Shown here piece by piece: positions 1 through 13,000 of a DNA stretch of 64,000 nt. The stretch comes from Lama guanicoe. Lineage: Eukaryota. Numbering within the stretch: position 1 is the first letter of the stretch; each line of letters starts with the position of its first letter. The position numbers and the translations under genes are program-made. The notes beneath the pieces are model-generated. The model did not search any database. It worked only from the letters and a program-made list of their open reading frames with translations, and was not told the DNA's origin. The stretch spans positions 1,108,974 through 1,172,973 of the forward strand of contig MU053379.1 in NCBI GenBank assembly GCA_013239625.1. The letters run 5' to 3'.

Positions 1-934
1 CATACGTTTCACAGCACACTTCCTGAGGGCCCTGCTGCCTCTCCAGCCTCTCTCCTTAGTGTCCTCCTGTCCCCACACATAGACACAACGTGGCTGCAGC
101 ACAGGTGAACTTACAATTCTCCACAAGCACTTCTCGTCCCTAGGACTGTGCATTTAAATGTCCTCTGGCCTCCACACTCCCCACCCCCATCACAACACAC
201 AAGCACCTCTTTTCACCTGCCCATTCTAGCCATCCTTCCTGCCCCGTCACCCCACTTTCTCTAGCTCTGCTGTCTTCCTGCCGTGGTAGGCACCTCTGTG
301 TGCCCTCACGTTGCCCTGCGGCGCCCATCACGTTCCACTCCAGTGGTTTTCACGTCTCCCAGAGCATCAGCATCACTCGGGAAATGTCCAAAATGCCCTG
401 CTTCTAGAGGTTGGTTTATTTCACGTGGGCTCAGCTCAGCCATATTTAAAGCAAAAAACAACCCCCCACGGTGAGGAAGCGAACCCTTGTGCTGCTGGGA
501 CTACCTTCTTGCTCCTGTGCAGCCCACACAGCATTTGTGAGCCTCTGGGAAGTGGCACCGTGTCGTCTTGGGTGTTGTGTTTCCGGTTCCCAGTGCCTGG
601 CTCAGTGGGAGCTCAGAGATGTTTTGGAAGAATGTGGGAAGAGACCTGTAGGAGTCAGGGAAGTTAACAGTTGGGTAGCCAGTGAGAGCAATCCTACCTG
701 CTTTTCCAGTGTCTCCCGAAAGTTAGGGAACAACAGATCTCAGCTGGCATGCACTTGATGTTGGAAGAATACAAATCTTCTGTACTGCCTTCCCCACCCC
801 ATCCTGCCGTCTTGGGTTGGCTGAAAAAAAAAGGAAAACAGCCTGGGAAACTTGGAATATGATGGGTAAATTGAACCTTTGGGTTACCTCTGCTCTGGAC
901 AGACTTGTGACGTGCCTTTTTGTTTTTCTCCTAG

Positions 935-1053
935 GTCAGCTGAGGGAACAGCTCAGTTACCTTAAGGGTGATAATTTTTTTAGGTTTACTTGTTCCGATT
1001 GCTCAGACGACGGCAAGGAGCAGTACGAGAGACTGAAGCTGACTTGGCAGCAA
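935..1053 (+). CDS. KAT14: KAT14 coding exon ([39 protein letters not shown]; end of N-terminal Cys-rich PHD-like region)
   Basis: Acceptor ttttctcctag|GT, donor CAA|gtgagt; 119 nt, phase 1 to 0. Confidence 0.95.
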
Positions 1054-4000
1054 GTGAGTAGAAAGCCCTCCCCTGCACTTCGTGAGGCTGGTCCCCCGGG
1101 AATGTATTGGGGTGAGTGTCTAGAGAATGAGGAACTAAACGTAGGAGCTTTGGAGTTGTTTTGAGGGTCACTTCATTTCACAGTGAAAATCATACACGAA
1201 TATGTGGAGAAAGGAGTTGTGGGTAAAAGTACCCATCACTGCTAACTTAGTGATTTTTGAGAATCTAGCCTACACGGTTTCATTTATGTGTAATACCAAA
1301 CTCTGATTTTAATTGAAGAGGTTCACATTTTTTCTTATAGCTATTTTTAGAAAACTAAAACCATTTTTTAAAATGTAAAGATGTTGAATCACTGTGCTGT
1401 ACACCTGACAGTAACACAATATTGTCAAGCAGCAGTGCTTCAATTTAAAAAAAAAGGAAAGAAAAGATGGCCACCCTGATCTCAACCAGCTGCGGCCTGA
1501 ACAGCATCTTTTAACTGATTGTTGTCTTCATTTTTTTGGTTTGTTTTTACAGTGATATGTTATAACAAGGCACCAAATATACATGCAGTCTTTGAGTTCT
1601 AAGAATGTATGAATTAGACATTGCTCATTTGGTTTTTATATTTATTCTACAAAAATTGAGTGCATGTGATGAACCAGGCACTATTCCAGGCCTGGAAAGT
1701 AGAATCTGTTCAAGACCAGCTGATTCTCTTTCAGCTCGCTCTTCTTCAGGGGGAGCAGGACAGCCCAGCCCCCTGCCCCTGGCAGCTGACATTCTAGACA
1801 TTTATTTCAGACAGTAAACAGACAAATGAACAAGTTAATTGCCTCCAGCACTTCTTGCTATGAAGGAAATAAACAGGATAATGAGTAAGAGATTTTAGAT
1901 TATACCCTCTAAGCCACTTAAGGTGTTAAATTGTAGCTGTGTGAGCAGCCTTGGACTGTTACCTTAATCATCAGTGCTTTATTAGGGCATCTCCTAATGA
2001 AATCTGTCAGTGGTGAGTCGGGGAGCCTCTTTGGACTTGCCTGAAAATATGTAAGTAGAAAAAAAGGGGGAAAAAAAGAAAATGCATGGAAGTTTGTGTT
2101 GAGCATACAGTCTCATGAACATTATAATTGGGATTTTTTTTTCAAAGTGTCCGTGGGATACTGTGTCTCGGCAAGGTCAGACTGACGTCCACAGATGATT
2201 CTGACAGGTGCAGCAAGGCAGATTCGCTTTTGCTTTTGGCCTGCAAGAAGTTTCTCATAAAGCTGTAAAATGGAAGAAGAGCAACTGTGTGTAACAGGGG
2301 TCTCTGCAGAGGTTCTTTTTCAAGGAAAAACTGGCTTTTGATTATATTGCTAAGACTGTGCCCTGCTGGCTCAGTTTGCACATTTAATCGGCCAGCATCA
2401 CTCGATTATTTTTTTTTTTTTTACTTCCAAGAGACACACAGGTGGTGGGTAGCAAGTTCCCTGGGATGGTGACCTGTAAACTGGGGCTAGACATGTCTGG
2501 TCCGGGGAGGAGTGCTGACCGCGCTTTCTGGTCACATCCATTTCCCCTTCCAGCCTGTGTCTCGTGCAGGAGCTGGAAGTGGATCAGTTGGTCTTGAGTA
2601 GATTCTGTTGACGTCACATTCTAATTGGAATGTGGGTTTTCTATCATTTTAAATCTTAAACTTTGTTGATTTATCAAAGTAATAAGTAGGAATGCTCTTT
2701 TATGTTACAGAATACCAGCAGGAGAGAGGTGTGGTCTCCTGACTAAGAGACCCCTTTCTTCTCTGCCCTCCCTGTGTCTTCTCCTCCTCCTTGGTGACTC
2801 AGGAACATCAGTTTGAAACGTAGGGGACACTGTCGAGTGTTTGGGAAGGCTAGGGTAGTCTGTACACTCTTGTCCTGGGCTCTCACTACTTTTCCGGGTT
2901 GTCCTCAGCGGGTACTTGGGAGGTGCCCACTGGGCAGTGCCGCCCTGAGCGGGGGCTTGGGGAGGCGCCGGTCCACGAGGCCGGCCGGTTACTGTGACCT
3001 TGGGCTGGCGGTGTGACAGCAGAAGACTAAACTGGGATTCATTCTTTAAGATTATAGGTTCCGGGAGAGGGGAAAACCATGTCCTTCCTGTACTGGGCTT
3101 GTAGTTTTCCCAGTCAATTGGGTGATAATATGAGAAGTTATTTTCAAGTAAATATGTGGATTTTAACTTTTTAAAGTCATGAAATATTTCAAATATGAAA
3201 AAGCACCAGAAATGAAACATCACACTTGTGTCTGTACCATTGAGATGAATAGTGAACACGTTTCCGAGTTACAGTAGGGTCTGAATGTGGGCAGAAGAGC
3301 CCGTTCCATCCTTTTCTTAAGGTATTTCTTTAACAGTAGCTTTAAAAATTGTAGTAAAATATACATACTGTAAAAGTTTACCATCTTAACCATTTTTTAA
3401 GCACACAAGTCAGTGGCATTAACATCACATTGTTTTGCAACCATCACCACCATCCATCTCCAAACAGCCTCATCTCAAACTGAAATCCTGTGTCCATTAA
3501 ACAGTAACTCCCCAGGAACAGTAACTGTTTAAGGGCCATGTTTGTTGGCTGATGTAGACCTGGTGCAGATGTAAGTGGAAGAATTTGCAAAGTCTGTTCA
3601 TGGGACCAGTTGTTTGTCAGACCATCTGCAGGTTTTACAAGTTTAAGGAGGAGGGAGCTGAGATGGATAGCAGAAGCGTCAGAATTCCCCGGGCCCCATG
3701 GGGCTGTATTTGTGGGCCCTCCTGTCAGACCGGACCTCTGGGACCTGGTGCTGGGAACAGTGATGCTGGGGAGCGTGAACTTCAGTATAGACTCCTGACA
3801 GCTTTGGAAGGCTCCTTATGGGAAGAAGAATTATTTAAAGCTTCTTAGATTCTCTGTCCCCTTTTCAACTTCCTTGGCCTAAAATTAGTCATCACTTTTA
3901 TCAGGTTGAAAACATGGTTTTGAATAGCTTGTAGAGTTTCTTGTCCATTTACAATTACAAAATTGCATTTAGATGCGAAGAGAAATGTCTGAGAGGGCAG

Positions 4001-7000
4001 TCACTGAAAATGTTAAAAAGGGTTATTTCTTGATGGTGGATTTAAAGTGATTTTTACTTCCTTTTCCTTCTATCATTGAAGTCTTTTATGGTGAGCGTGT
4101 GTTATTTATATTTCTGGAAAATAGTTCCCCATTTGGGGCCATGAATTCATTACCTGTAAAATGAGAGATACGGAGTCTCTTGTGGAGCTGGGGCGGGGGC
4201 CTGGGGGGGCGGCGTCCTGCTCTCAGAGGGTGGGCCGGGCAGCTGGGCCTTTCAGGTCCCTGCCCCTGGGTCTATGCTGATTGCGTCTCAGTAAAGGTTC
4301 CCACAGCTGAGAAAGGCTAAACTCGGAGTGGGTGGTGCCTCACATCATCTTCAGCTCTGAAATTCTGAGAGACTTTTCTTTCTGCCCTTTAAGGAGCTTA
4401 GAAAAGTGTATTTGCAGGGGTGATGTTCAGAATATTAAAACAGGTCAGCCCTGTCCGTCAGAAGTGCTGGGTGGAGCCTCATGATACCAGGAGTTAACAT
4501 GTCATGAGTGCTGCCTTGTGAGTGATGGGGGACCGGGTGGGGCTGCTTAGGGCAGTAGTCACTTACAACTCTTTGAGCCACACGTCAGCCTTGCCCATGG
4601 AACACATAAGGAACAACCGCATGTCATTAAGAGGATTAGTGATAGATTCATCCATTGAAAGTGAAGAAGGAGGTACAGTTCTGTACTGAGGACATCCCGG
4701 GACACTGTCCTTCCTCTTCCCCTCCACTCCTCACTCTTCCAAGACGCAAGAACAGACGTTCCCCCGAAGGGCCGCGTCCTGCATCCTGCTTTTCTACCAG
4801 CTTCGTTTCGTTTGTGTTTCAGGTGGTCATGTTGGCCATGTACAACCTGTCCCTGGAGGGAAGTGGACGGCAAGGCTACTTCAGGTGGAAGGAAGATATC
4901 TGCGCTTTTATTGAGAAACATTGGGCATTTTTACTCGGGAACAGGTATTTTAAAAAATCTTACACTTGAATGAAGATGTAAAGAACAAAGCATCTGAGAC
5001 TTGGGACAGCCTAGTGCAGGCTTTTAGAGAATTATTTACTTGTGGCGGTTGCTGAGAATTTTTTAATCCAGAAAATGTTGTTACTTTAAGTTAGCAGAGC
5101 GGAAGTGTTTGCAGTTACAAGTGCAGCTTTCTGTACTTCTACTTCCAGAGGAAACTGTTGGTTTCTACAGAGCAAGAAGACATTTACATAGATGTTTAGA
5201 ATGTTAAAAAATAGAGAGTGTGTGATTGCATGGGGCTGTTTAATAGTTGGATGAGTAACTAATTTGAGGATGGAGGGTTATTATGTCCTTTTAAAATGAG
5301 TGCTTTTAGGAGGTCAGCAGAAGAGAAGTAATGGCAGCTAGTAACTGCACTCACGTAAATTCCCCTTCACTAATTATTAGTATTTATCTTTATCAAGTCT
5401 AGAAGCTAGAAACTGCTGTCTGTTTTTGGTATTCCGTGCTTTGCCAGGTCTGGGTACATCAGCACACTGCAGTTCATTCATTCATTCCTCTTTTCACAGT
5501 GATGCTGTGTGCCTTTGCTGCCCAGCTCCCCTCCTCCGTGACCCCTCCTTCACTCATCCGACCTAGGGACGCCAGGGCATGGACATCCCGACCAGATGTC
5601 TTAACTAACTGTCCATGTGGATCTAACAAGATTCTACCGCTATTAGGGGTTAGCGTGTTTGCAGTTGCATTGGTGGATTGTCTGAGATGCTAACTGTTAG
5701 TTGCCTTCTGAAGTCCTGGTGAGATTCATAAATCTTGCATGACTGGGTCAGTGTGGACTCAGTAGAGGTCAGAGCAGGGAGTCTGTACCTGTCCTTACTC
5801 TGAACTCACTGCAGCCTGTTTACTCGGGTGCTGAGAAGTCACAGCTCAGCTAAAGCTGCTGAGGAATCGGGGAGGCGTGAGCTTCTGAAGGCTTGCTGTG
5901 CGGAGAGAATAGAATAGATTCAGTACATTTTTACAAAAGGAGTTATTTTTGTCCTTGAGTTATTTAGTGGTACTAAGAAAAGAGTTGACAGTATAACTGG
6001 TTCTTTTTCTTAAAGAATGGAAATCTGTTGTCTTAGTTTAATAATTTAGCTCTATTTATGGAGCTTAATAGACCCCATTTACAAGGGACAAAAAAGGAGA
6101 ATAAACCGATAAAATTAGATCTTGGAAGGTTTTCATGATCTATCAGTGCTATTCTGCTTAGTGGATTGTCTTCTGGAAGGAACTGAGTTTAAACTGCCTG
6201 TTTCAAGGATGTTGCCGTATTTTAACAGCAGTTGCTCGGTTGTCAGTTGTTCATTTCTAGAACACATTCTGAAAGGCGTCAGCTAAGGGTCTTTTTCTTT
6301 TAATACTCCTACTGAAAGGCATTAATTACTCTCCAGCTTCTTGTAGTTTAACCATTAAACTAGTGGGTTTGGGGCACAATAGTATATCACTTGAATTATC
6401 ATTTACTTTCTTAAATCAAGTCACTTAAAAAAATACATTACTTTTTAAAAGAAACTTCACACCACCATGATAAGTGGAAAACCCATATCATTTGCCATAA
6501 ATAGAATGAAACTATAAAAATATGTGCGCTAAAAATAAAACAATGCTGTTGACTTGTAGCTGGATCCCATTACGTAGAAAGGCAATCTGAAATCCTCTTT
6601 CCTTTTTTTTTATTGTATGATTCCATCTATGTATTTTTTACTTCTAGCTTTACTGAGGTATAATTGATATGTAGCACTGTGTGAGTTTCAGGTGTACAGC
6701 ATAATGATCTGACTTACATACGTCGTGAAATGACCACAGTCATTTTAGTGAACATCCATCAACTCATATAGTTAGAAAATTAAAGAGACAGAAAAAAATT
6801 ATTTTCCTCGTGATGAGAACTCTCAGGATTTACTCTCTTAGCAACTTACATATATAATTTTTAGCAGTGTTAATTATATGTATCATGTTGTACGCGACAT
6901 CCCTACTACTTATTTATCTTATAGTTTGTACTCTTTGACTACCTTCATTCAGTTCCCCCTTCCCCCACCTCTCGTAACCACAAATCTGATCTTTTTCTAT

Positions 7001-10000
7001 GAGTTTGTTTTTGAAGTATAATTGACCTACAACACTATGTTAGTTTCTGTTACACAACATAGTGATTCAGTATTTAACTACATTTCAAAATGATCACCAT
7101 GATAAGTCTGTCACCATACAAAGATATTACTTAATTATTGACTGTATTCCCCACACTGTACACTTCATACCTGTGACTCATTTATTTTGCAACTAGAAGT
7201 TTGTACCTCTTAATCACCCTCACCTATTTCCTCGCCTCCATGTCTCTCTTCTCTGACAATCACCTGTTTCTTCTCTGCGTCTATCACTCTGTTGCTGTTT
7301 TGTTATGTTTGTTCATTTGGTTTATTTTTTAGATTACACATGTAAGTGAAATCATACTGTATTTGTCTTTCTCTTTCTGACTTATATCACTTAGCATAAT
7401 GCCCTCTAGGTCCAACTATGTTGTTGCAAAAGTCAAGATCTCACTCTTTTTCATGGCTGAGTAATATTCCACTGTGTATATACTACATCTTTTTTTTTTT
7501 ATGCCACATCTTTATCCATTCATCTGTTAATGGGCACTTAGCTTGCTCCCATATCTTGGCTATTGTAAATAACACTGCAGTGAACATAGGGGTGCATATA
7601 TGTTTTCGAATTAGTGTTTTTGTTTTCTTCGGATAAATACTTAGGAGTGAAATTGTTGGATCATACGGTAGTTCTATTTTTAATTTTCTGAGGCATCTCC
7701 ATACTGTTCTCCATAGTGACTGCACCAGTTTACATTCCCACCAACAGTGCATGAGGGTTTCCTTTTTTCCACATCCTTGCCAGTATTCATTATTTGTTGT
7801 CTTTTTAATCATAGCCATTCTCACAGATGTGAGGTGATACCTCAAGGTTTAGATTTGCATTTCACTAATGATTAGTGATATTGAGCATTTTTGCATGTGT
7901 TGTTGGCCATCTGCATTTCTTCTTTGGAAACGTGTCTGTTTAGATGATCCTCTGCCCATTTTTATTTTATAGTTGAGTTGTTTGTTTATTTTGATGTTGA
8001 GTTGTATGTGTTCTCTGTGAGGCCTTTTTTTTTTTTTAAGGTTTTGGATACTTTTTAACTATTGAGATATAGATGATTTGCAGTGTTGTATTAGTTTCAG
8101 GTGTTTAGCAGAGTGATTCAATTTTTTATATATTCTTTCAAATTCTTTTCCATTAAAGATTATTACAAGATACTGAATATAGGTCCTTGCGCTTTACAGC
8201 AGGACTTTGTTACCTTTTTTATACATAGCAGTGTTTACCCAGAGCCTCTCTCATCTGATACAGTCTTTCCTACAAAGGTGTGGGAGGTTCCCTAGTGATC
8301 ACGGATTTGGAGTCAGTGAGTACATTTTCTGTATAAGGATAGAATTGAAAAGCCAGTAACTTGTACAACCTTGGACTCGGCAGGAAGAAGACTTCAACCT
8401 GGTGGAGTACGGTGGCGGGCTGCCTCAGCGTGGGCAGCCCCATGTACTTCCGCTCGGGTGCTCAGGAGTTCGGAGAACCAGGGTGGTGGAAACTGGTGCA
8501 CAACAGGCCCCCGACAATGAAACCTGAGGGAGAGAAGCTGTCTGCCTCCGCTTTGAAAGTGAAAGGTACTGTTGTGGGCGCCACCAGCCAGACCTAGGCC
8601 AAGCAAGTGCAGAGACAGTCCGCCCTGCCTCCCTGGAGCTGCTCTGCGCTGCAGTTTTATTCTGACAGTTTTTTATGCCCTAAATAAATATTACACACAA
8701 AAAATTTTATCACTGTACAATTAGGTTACCAGTTTTATAAATTTCTTTTGGTGTCTGAAAGATTCTCTATTTTCAATCTGATTGTTTCTAATTTTTTTAT
8801 TGTAGAGAATTTTAATTCTATGCAAACGTGAAGAGAGTAATGTAGTGAATCCCCAGGTACCTTTGTCTTCACTCCATCAGTTAACTGCTGGCAGTCTCGT
8901 TTTATCCAGACCCCTGGGTACTTTCTTCCAACCCTCCACCCATCCCCACCCTTGGATTATTTAGAAGCAACTCCCAGGTGTTAACTGTTTCCTTTTTAAA
9001 TGTCTCACTACGTGTCTCATAGCCACAAGGACTCTCTTTTGTAGCCCAACCATAATGCCATTTTCACAGTTAAAAAAAAATAACTAACTCATTACTATCA
9101 CATATTGATCTGATTTTTTTAATCTAAAAGTTTTTAATGAGTTTTAAAGAATTTTTAAATATAATTGGGACAAATCAAATAGTACTGAAGATATGAAGTC
9201 TGAGAGTCCCCCCTACACCCACCCTGCCTGTAGTTTCACTCTCCAGGGAGCCACTGTTGTCGCTTGTGAACACTTTTAGCAGTCGTGTCTGCATCTTTAA
9301 GCATTTTTTTAATTAAAAAACCAAAACATGAACTGATTCATACCATAGTACCGTTCTCCGCTTTTTCCCTACTTACCAGTATACCTTGCACATCTTTTCG
9401 TAACAGTACATGTAGATCCACCCTATTTTCTTTTATTTCATTGCATTCCATTGAATGGCTGTATGATGATAAACCATTACCCTTTTGATGAGCATTTTGG
9501 TAATTCCTACCCTTTTTCATTGTTATTTAAACAGTACTACAGTTGAACATATTTGCCTTTTTGTGTGTGTGATAAATTCCTGGAAATAAGTTGCTGTATC
9601 AAAGGGCATATTCATTCAAAGTTTTAATCATATTGCCAAATTACCCTCCAGAAAGTTGTAATAAAATTTTTGCCCTACCAGAAAGTCATGAAAATATCCA
9701 TTTCCCTATGTGGTTGCTAAGCATTAATACACTTTGAATGTTTACCAATTCCAGTAGGTGAAGGATGGTACCTCATTGTTTACATTTGCATTATAATGCC
9801 TTTTTCCTGGTTAAGAGACATCAGAGTCTTAGTTCAGGGCATTCATTGAACATTTCTGTATTTCGAACATGCTAGTAGGTTCAAATGAATAAGAAGCTAA
9901 TGTTGAGTGGATATTTAAAACTCGGATGTTTACTCTTTCCTCACAGCCTCAAAACCAACGTTAGATCCCATCATTACGGTTGAGGGACTTAGAAAACGGG

Positions 10001-13000
10001 CGAGTCGGAATCCCGTGGAGTCAGCCATGGAGCTGAAGGAGAAGAGGTCTCGGACTCAGGAGGCGAAGGACATCAGGAGAGCCCAGAAGGAGGCGGCAGG
10101 CTTTCTTGACCGGAGCACTTCTTCCACGCCCGTCAAGTTCGTGAGCCGAGGCCGCAGGCCGGACGTGATTCTGGAAAAAGGAGAAGTGATAGACTTCTCA
10201 TCGCTGAGCTCCTCCGACCGCACCCCGCTGACAAGCCCGTCTCCTTCCCCGTCCCTGGATTTCTCTGCCCCGGGCACCCCCGCCTCGCACTCTGCCACGC
10301 CCAGCCTGCTCTCCGAAGCTGACCTCATTCCAGACGTGATGCCGCCGCAAGCCTTATTTCACGGTAAGACTGAGCTTTCTTGGGTCTTTTCTCGTGTGTG
10401 TGGGCCCCGACGGAAGCGTGGAGGTTTTCCCTGGTGGGCGGTGGGTCCCACGTCCTCTCCTGCTCTGTGCTCCACTCAGATGACGACGAGATGGACGGCG
10501 ATGGCGTCATAGACCCTGGGATGGAGTACGTCCCGCCCCCTGCAGGGCTGGCCGCCTCGGGGGCCGGGGTCGGGGGCCGAAAGAAGGTCAGAGCCCCCGA
10601 GCAGATAAAGCAGGAGGTAGAGAGCGAGGAGGAGAAGCCCGACCGGTTGGACATCGACAGCGAAGACACGGACTCCAACACATCCCTGCAGACGAGGTCT
10701 CGAGAGAAGAGGAAGCCGGCGCTGGAGAAGGACCGGAAGCCCCGGGGGCCCAAGTTCACCCCCGTGAGCATCTACGAGGAGAAGCTGCTCCTCAAGAGGC
10801 TGGAAGCCTGCCCCGGGGCCGTGGCCATGACGCCGGAGGCTCGGCGGCTGAAGCGGAAACTGATTGTCAGGCAGGCGAAGAGGGACCGCGGCTTACCGCT
10901 CTTCGACTTGGATCAGGTTGTCAATGCCGCGCTCCTGTTAGTGGATGGGGTCTATGGAGCCAAAGAAGGAGGCGTTTCCAGGCTTCCGGCTGGACAAGCC
11001 ACGTACAGGACGACCTGTCAGGACTTCAGAATCCTTGATCGCTACCAGGTGAGTGTGAGTCACGCGCTCCAGCTCCTAGGGCTGCGCAGGGGCTGCGGGG
11101 AAAAATGGCAAGGGACCGAAGTACAGAAATTGCTGGGCTGTGTTTACACTGTGAACCTCCCTTAGTACATCTGGGTTTGGTTTTTTGTTTTCCTTTTGGG
11201 AATTGTAGGCAGAACCTAGACGTTTTCTTTGCATCTCTTGGTCCCTGAGGGTGGCTGTACATGGTTTGTGTAGACCTTGATTGATGGGTTTGTTGAGGGC
11301 ATACAGGGTACTGGACACTGTGCTGAGCGGGTGTGGACAGCTGTGTAGGTAGGAGACACACTGTGGGAATAGCAGCCAGGGGCCGCGTGGTTCAAGGATG
11401 TTCATTGGAGCCCGGTCTGTGCTCCCGGAACGGTCAGTTCTGCCCAGAAACGAGACTCCGCCTTCCCACAGAAGGAATGCGTCTTCTCCCCTGACTTTGC
11501 TAGCACTGACCAGCCCTTTTGACTTATCTAATGGCTGTAAAATGAAATCTTGTTTTTTACTTACTTTTCTTTGATTACAGGTGAGGTTAAACATTTTTCC
11601 TGTTTCTTGGTTGTTTCTCTGTGTGAATTTCCTGTTCAGATTCTTTGCTTATTTTCCCATCTTCTTCTTAGGAAATGAGGGGGTTTGGTCTTTATTGCCA
11701 GCATGCTGATGTTACTCAGTGACGTTCCCCGTGTGGGGCTTTTGTTTCCGGGTGCCGGGCCTTTGGCGTGTGGGCCTTTCCATTTGAAATGCTCCGTCTT
11801 GAGTTCTGGGGTTTCCTATCTTCTGTTTTCTCTGTTCTGTCTGTCCAGAGCACCCCTATTATTCACCGGCCAGCTCTGCCTCGCAGCGTGAGAGCAGCAG
11901 AGATGATGTGTAATGAATGGGTGTGGCTGTGCGCTGGTAAAACTGTTCACTAAAGCAGGCTGGGTTTGGCCTCTGGGCTGTACAGTTTGCCTAAGACCTT
12001 TACTCTAGCTAGATCTCCGTAATTTTCTTTTTCCCCCTATTTCCCAACTTTCCTTTCTTGCGAATTAGTAACCTGCCTGCTACATCCTAGGAGCCCAGTA
12101 GGGAGGGCCAGGAGCTGACCGTTCAGTTGTCAAACTTCCTCTGAGTCTCCCTATTTTCAGGGCACGACTTCCACCTTTAGCTGCAATCTCTCTTTGGAGC
12201 TTCCAGAGTCTAGTCGGCCCGTGGAGGAGGAGGTTACTTCTGACTGCGGGCAGCAGACATGTGAGAGGAAGCTTTAACCTCTTAACTAAATAGACACTGA
12301 GTCCCGTAGTCCTCCTGCCCTCCCTCAGCTCAGGACCTGATAGCTCCCGGGCTGCGCTTCCCCAGCTCTGGTGCGTCAGCTGCTGGCTCCAGGCCAGTCT
12401 TCGCTGCTGCCTTAGCTCTGGGCTCTCTGTGGTCTGAGTCATTTGCCGTTTATTCATATGCTTCTGTTGCAGTCAACTGCTCACCTGTTCTTTGTTGTCA
12501 TAGGTTTGTCTTTTTAATCTCAATACTTAATTCTTTAAATTGTGAAATGCGTCACACTCATAGAAGAATGCATAGAATGCGTAGATCCCATGGGTATAGT
12601 TCAGAGGTTAATGAGGTAAATACCTACGAATCTAGCCCCCAGGTTGACTCAGGACAGAGGTCCTTCTGTGCACTCCCTGCTCCCCCCAGAGGGAGTCACC
12701 CTCTGACTTTCAGCATTAATCATTCCTCTGCCTTCTTAATGTCTTTATCGCCTAAACTATACTTCCAGGTTTGTTTTTTTTTTCCCAAAAACTAAGTAGA
12801 AAGCACAGATGGAGCTGCGTAAGGAAATCGCTGCTGCTGAAGGCACGACAAGCTTTGTGGTGCCGCTGCTGTAGACTGAATTGTGTCCCCAAAAGCTTAT
12901 GTTGATGTCCTGATCCCCGGTACCAGTGAATGTGACCTTGGTTGGAAATAGGGCCTTCTTAGGTGTAAGTAAGTAGTTAAGGTGAGGTTACACTGGAGGA

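Noticed and set aside
1..934. PET117 or the KAT14 first coding exon and promoter
   Set aside because: Not present; the window starts inside a KAT14 intron, and the ORFs here have no recognisable homology.
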